NCBI GenBank assembly: GCA_001244265.2
Contig: CDLV01000008.1
Coordinates: 1,302,001-1,366,000 of the forward strand
Source of the DNA: Microbotryum violaceum
Taxonomy: Eukaryota
Direction: 5' to 3'
DNA: 64,000 nucleotides
Below the pieces are notes generated by a model. The model saw only the letters and a list, made by a program, of their open reading frames with translations, did no database searches and had not been told where the DNA came from. A program made the position numbers and the translations under genes. This document shows, piece by piece, positions 61,336 through 64,000 of the stretch (the first letter of the stretch is position 1; every line of letters starts with the position of its first letter).

Positions 61336-64000
61336 TATAGTCTCTTTCATCTTTCATCTTTCATCTTTCATCTTTCATCTTTCATCTTTCATCTTTCATC
61401 TTTCATCTTTCATCTTTCATCTTTCATCTTTCATCTTTCATCTTTCATCTTTCATCTTTCATCTTTCATCTTTATCGCACTACCCTACCTCGGCAAACGT
61501 CAATACATCGAATACATCAACCGCTACATCAGCTATCGACCCAATGTCCGACCAGGCACCGCCTGATCCGGGCCGCGGCCCTCCGGAGCCGGCAGCGACG
61601 GGGCAACCACGTGGTGACGCGGGGGCGGAGGCCGATGCCGCCGAGGGACCAGGGAACCCCGGCCTAGCGCTGTACCAGGAAAAGCGTGATGAAGAGAAGA
61701 AGAGGAAGGAGGATGTCGCGAGGATCCTGAAGATGATCAGTGTCGAAGATGGCACACGCCAGGGCACCCGCATCCTTGTGCTCAAAGAAGCACTCGGCTT
61801 CGGCAAGGACCGGGCCACCTCCCTGCGCTTTAGCGCACTCAATGCAACGAAACCAATCGCCGACACGTCTGGTGCCGTTCTTGAAGTCACGTTCGAACAC
61901 ACCGGTGTGGCCACTGAACGCGAGAAGTCCGAGTTGTACTCGAAGGTGCTCCGTACCCTGTCGCCCGACACGTCGTTGTGTTTTAACCTGCCCGCAGGAG
62001 TTGTCCTCCCCCCGAGCTCCAGAAATACGCTCCAGTCATCCATGGAGTCGCACCGGAGTCGATCATCCAAAACGGCAACACCCGGTTCAAGTTCGTGGTG
62101 CGCTGCGCTAGCGCAGCGGCGCTCGACCAAGTCCACGACGCGGCGACCAAGATCGAGTGGAAACGCTCCTTTGCCCAAGTCCGCAAGCGCTTGGCGTTCG
62201 TCAAGAACGTCGTCGAACTGCGTTTCATCATCAGTCCTGAGGCTGAATACACGAATGACGACCTCTGGAGCAAACTGCAAGGCGTCGTCGCCAAGCTTAC
62301 CGGGGACGGCCACAAATGCGACTTGCTCCAACTCCAGCAGCCTCTAACAGTCGTTCAAGGCTCGTATCTCGTTGCTCGAGGAAACTACGCGGCCATCGTC
62401 CAGTTCGAGGACGACGATCTGTTCAAAAACAACGGTGCTCAACTTCGACAGGTTCTACCGACGAGGATCGACCTTCGAGGACGACTCGCAACTCTCACCC
62501 CCCTTCGCCACGACTACGAGGCCGAAGCCTCCTGCCGCCGATGCGGTTTTGTAGGCCACTCCGACAACTGCGTTCAAAAGCCGGTCCAGCGTCAGCAGGC
62601 CGCCCAGAAAAATAACAACAACCAAAGGCCCCAGGCCGAGCCCCAAAGCAGCATCGAGCAAACCTCGACCCCCCAAAAACAACGCAGAGGTGATGTAGCC
62701 TCTCCCTCTCCCCAATGTCCCCTGTCGCGTCCAAGCGTTCAAAGAAGAACGCATCTCCCACAAGGGCCACTAACAACTCACCACGAGTCTACCCTGCTCG
62801 TTCACAAAGCTCTACACCCACAGCATCCGCCCTTTGCGGTTTCATCGTCGCCGCAAACCCATTCGCAAGTCTGGCCGGCGACGTGGCCGAAGAGGCGCAG
62901 GGGGAGCCCGCTCAGGCTCTCGAGGACGACGAGGACGCGATGAGCGTAGTCGAGGCACAGCTGGAACCACAGCAGGAGGTGCCGCCGTTGGAGCCTTCGG
63001 ATCTGTCGGATCTGCAGGACCGCGGAGCGGAGGGGAACCAGGAGGAACACACGGAGACGAGTGACGCGGAAGAAGGGGAATCGCAGTCGGCCGAGACGGG
63101 GTCTATGCCTGAGGTTGTCTCGACGACCCCTGAGCTGACGCGGTTCCGATCGGCCAGTCACCATCAGCTTGATATGGACGGCCTTCCTGACGACTGGATG
63201 AATCGTGTGTCGGATCGCGAGCGCAAACAGGATGCCGGTCTGTACGATGAGATCACCGAGTTGGACCGCACCCCGTCTGTGACCGGTTGGATGCCTTCGC
63301 CGTCTCCAGGTCCAGTGTGTGATCCCGAGCCCGAGCCCAAGCAGGAGGTGGAAGAAGGAACTTCCCAGGGTCTTCGCCGGTCCGAGCGTATCCAGCGTCT
63401 CACCAGCGTTGCGCGCACATCGGACTGGAACGAATCGACTGCTGCGGACCCTCTCCCGTCACCCACATTCGGACCTATGTTGTCCATCAAGGGAGCTGCT
63501 GCTGCAACGAAGGCGCAATCGTAATGATTGACTTCATCATCATGACCTGGAACGTCAACAGGGGCTTCAATACCCCTGAACGACGTCGTCTGCTTCTTTC
63601 GTATCTCACTTCGCTCACACCTCCCCCTTCTGCTATCCTTCTCCAGGAACATAATGTTCCTAAAGCACGACAATCTCACATACGCCACGAGTACGCCCAG
63701 TCCCACCAGGGCGAGGCCTACTTTTCTCAACACTGCCTCACTTTGATTCCAAGCTCTTCTCCTCTTCTCGGTGGTCATCGTCGCACGCGTCAGTCTCTTG
63801 GCGGGCGCTTACTCGTGACCACCTTCGATGTGCGGGGTTCGACGGACGTCGTCGAACTCAACAATATCTACGCTCCGGTTCAACCCGCCGAGCGCCTCCT
63901 CTTCTTCACCTCCCTTCACTTTCGGGCGACCGTCTCCTCTCACATTCGGTTCATCGCGGGCGATCTGAACGACTGCCCTATTCCCGCGGTGGATCGAGCG
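61336..64000 (+). mobile_element. Second, diverged L1/Tx1-like LINE in tandem; runs off the window end
   Basis: Starts right after the A14 tail; 5' microsatellite; ORF1 61544-63524 (MSDQAPPDPG; CRRCGFVGHSDNC); TAATG at 63522-63526; ORF2 MTWNVNRG, LQEH, NIYAP, AGDLND. Confidence 0.92.
61345..61470 (+). repeat. (TTTCATC)18 tandem repeat at the LINE 5' end
   Basis: Perfect 7-bp array of 126 bp. Confidence 0.97.

Noticed and set aside
54218-61470. Tandem arrays as CRISPR, or as coding repeats (FTSLH and SSFIFHL ORFs)
   Set aside because: No spacers and eukaryotic context; the peptides are read-through of microsatellites upstream of the real ORF1 ATGs.

Overview
Eukaryotic, intron-containing fungal DNA. 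The splice signals, histone sequences and TE families point to a basidiomycete, probably Pucciniomycotina (inference). Layout: (i) 1-3.2 kb, a host gene; (ii) 3.9-32.7 kb, a nested TE cluster with two head-to-head 5'-truncated L1/Tx1-like LINEs, three different Ty1/copia elements, two solo LTRs with TSDs, an interrupted USP-like protease gene and a pair of inverted repeats carrying a tRNA-like Pol III unit; (iii) 33-54 kb, housekeeping genes (tubulin cofactor B, cystathionine gamma-synthase, an atypical ATP-dependent DNA ligase, a PH-domain protein, an SPX-EXS gene broken by a telomere-repeat patch, NTA1, divergently transcribed H2B/H2A, tRNA-Glu); (iv) 54.2-64 kb, two tandem LINEs starting about 65 bp upstream of the tRNA, each headed by its own microsatellite. 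Main candidate novelty: all three copia families carry, near the LTR 3' end, a GT...AG intron-like segment whose 3' part exactly duplicates the sequence just upstream of it. Both the 'unspliced' and the exactly 'spliced' LTR forms occur in the window, suggesting introns that regenerate through reverse transcription. Many single-base frameshifts, including in conserved host genes, suggest uncorrected assembly indels, so frameshift-based pseudogene calls are uncertain.
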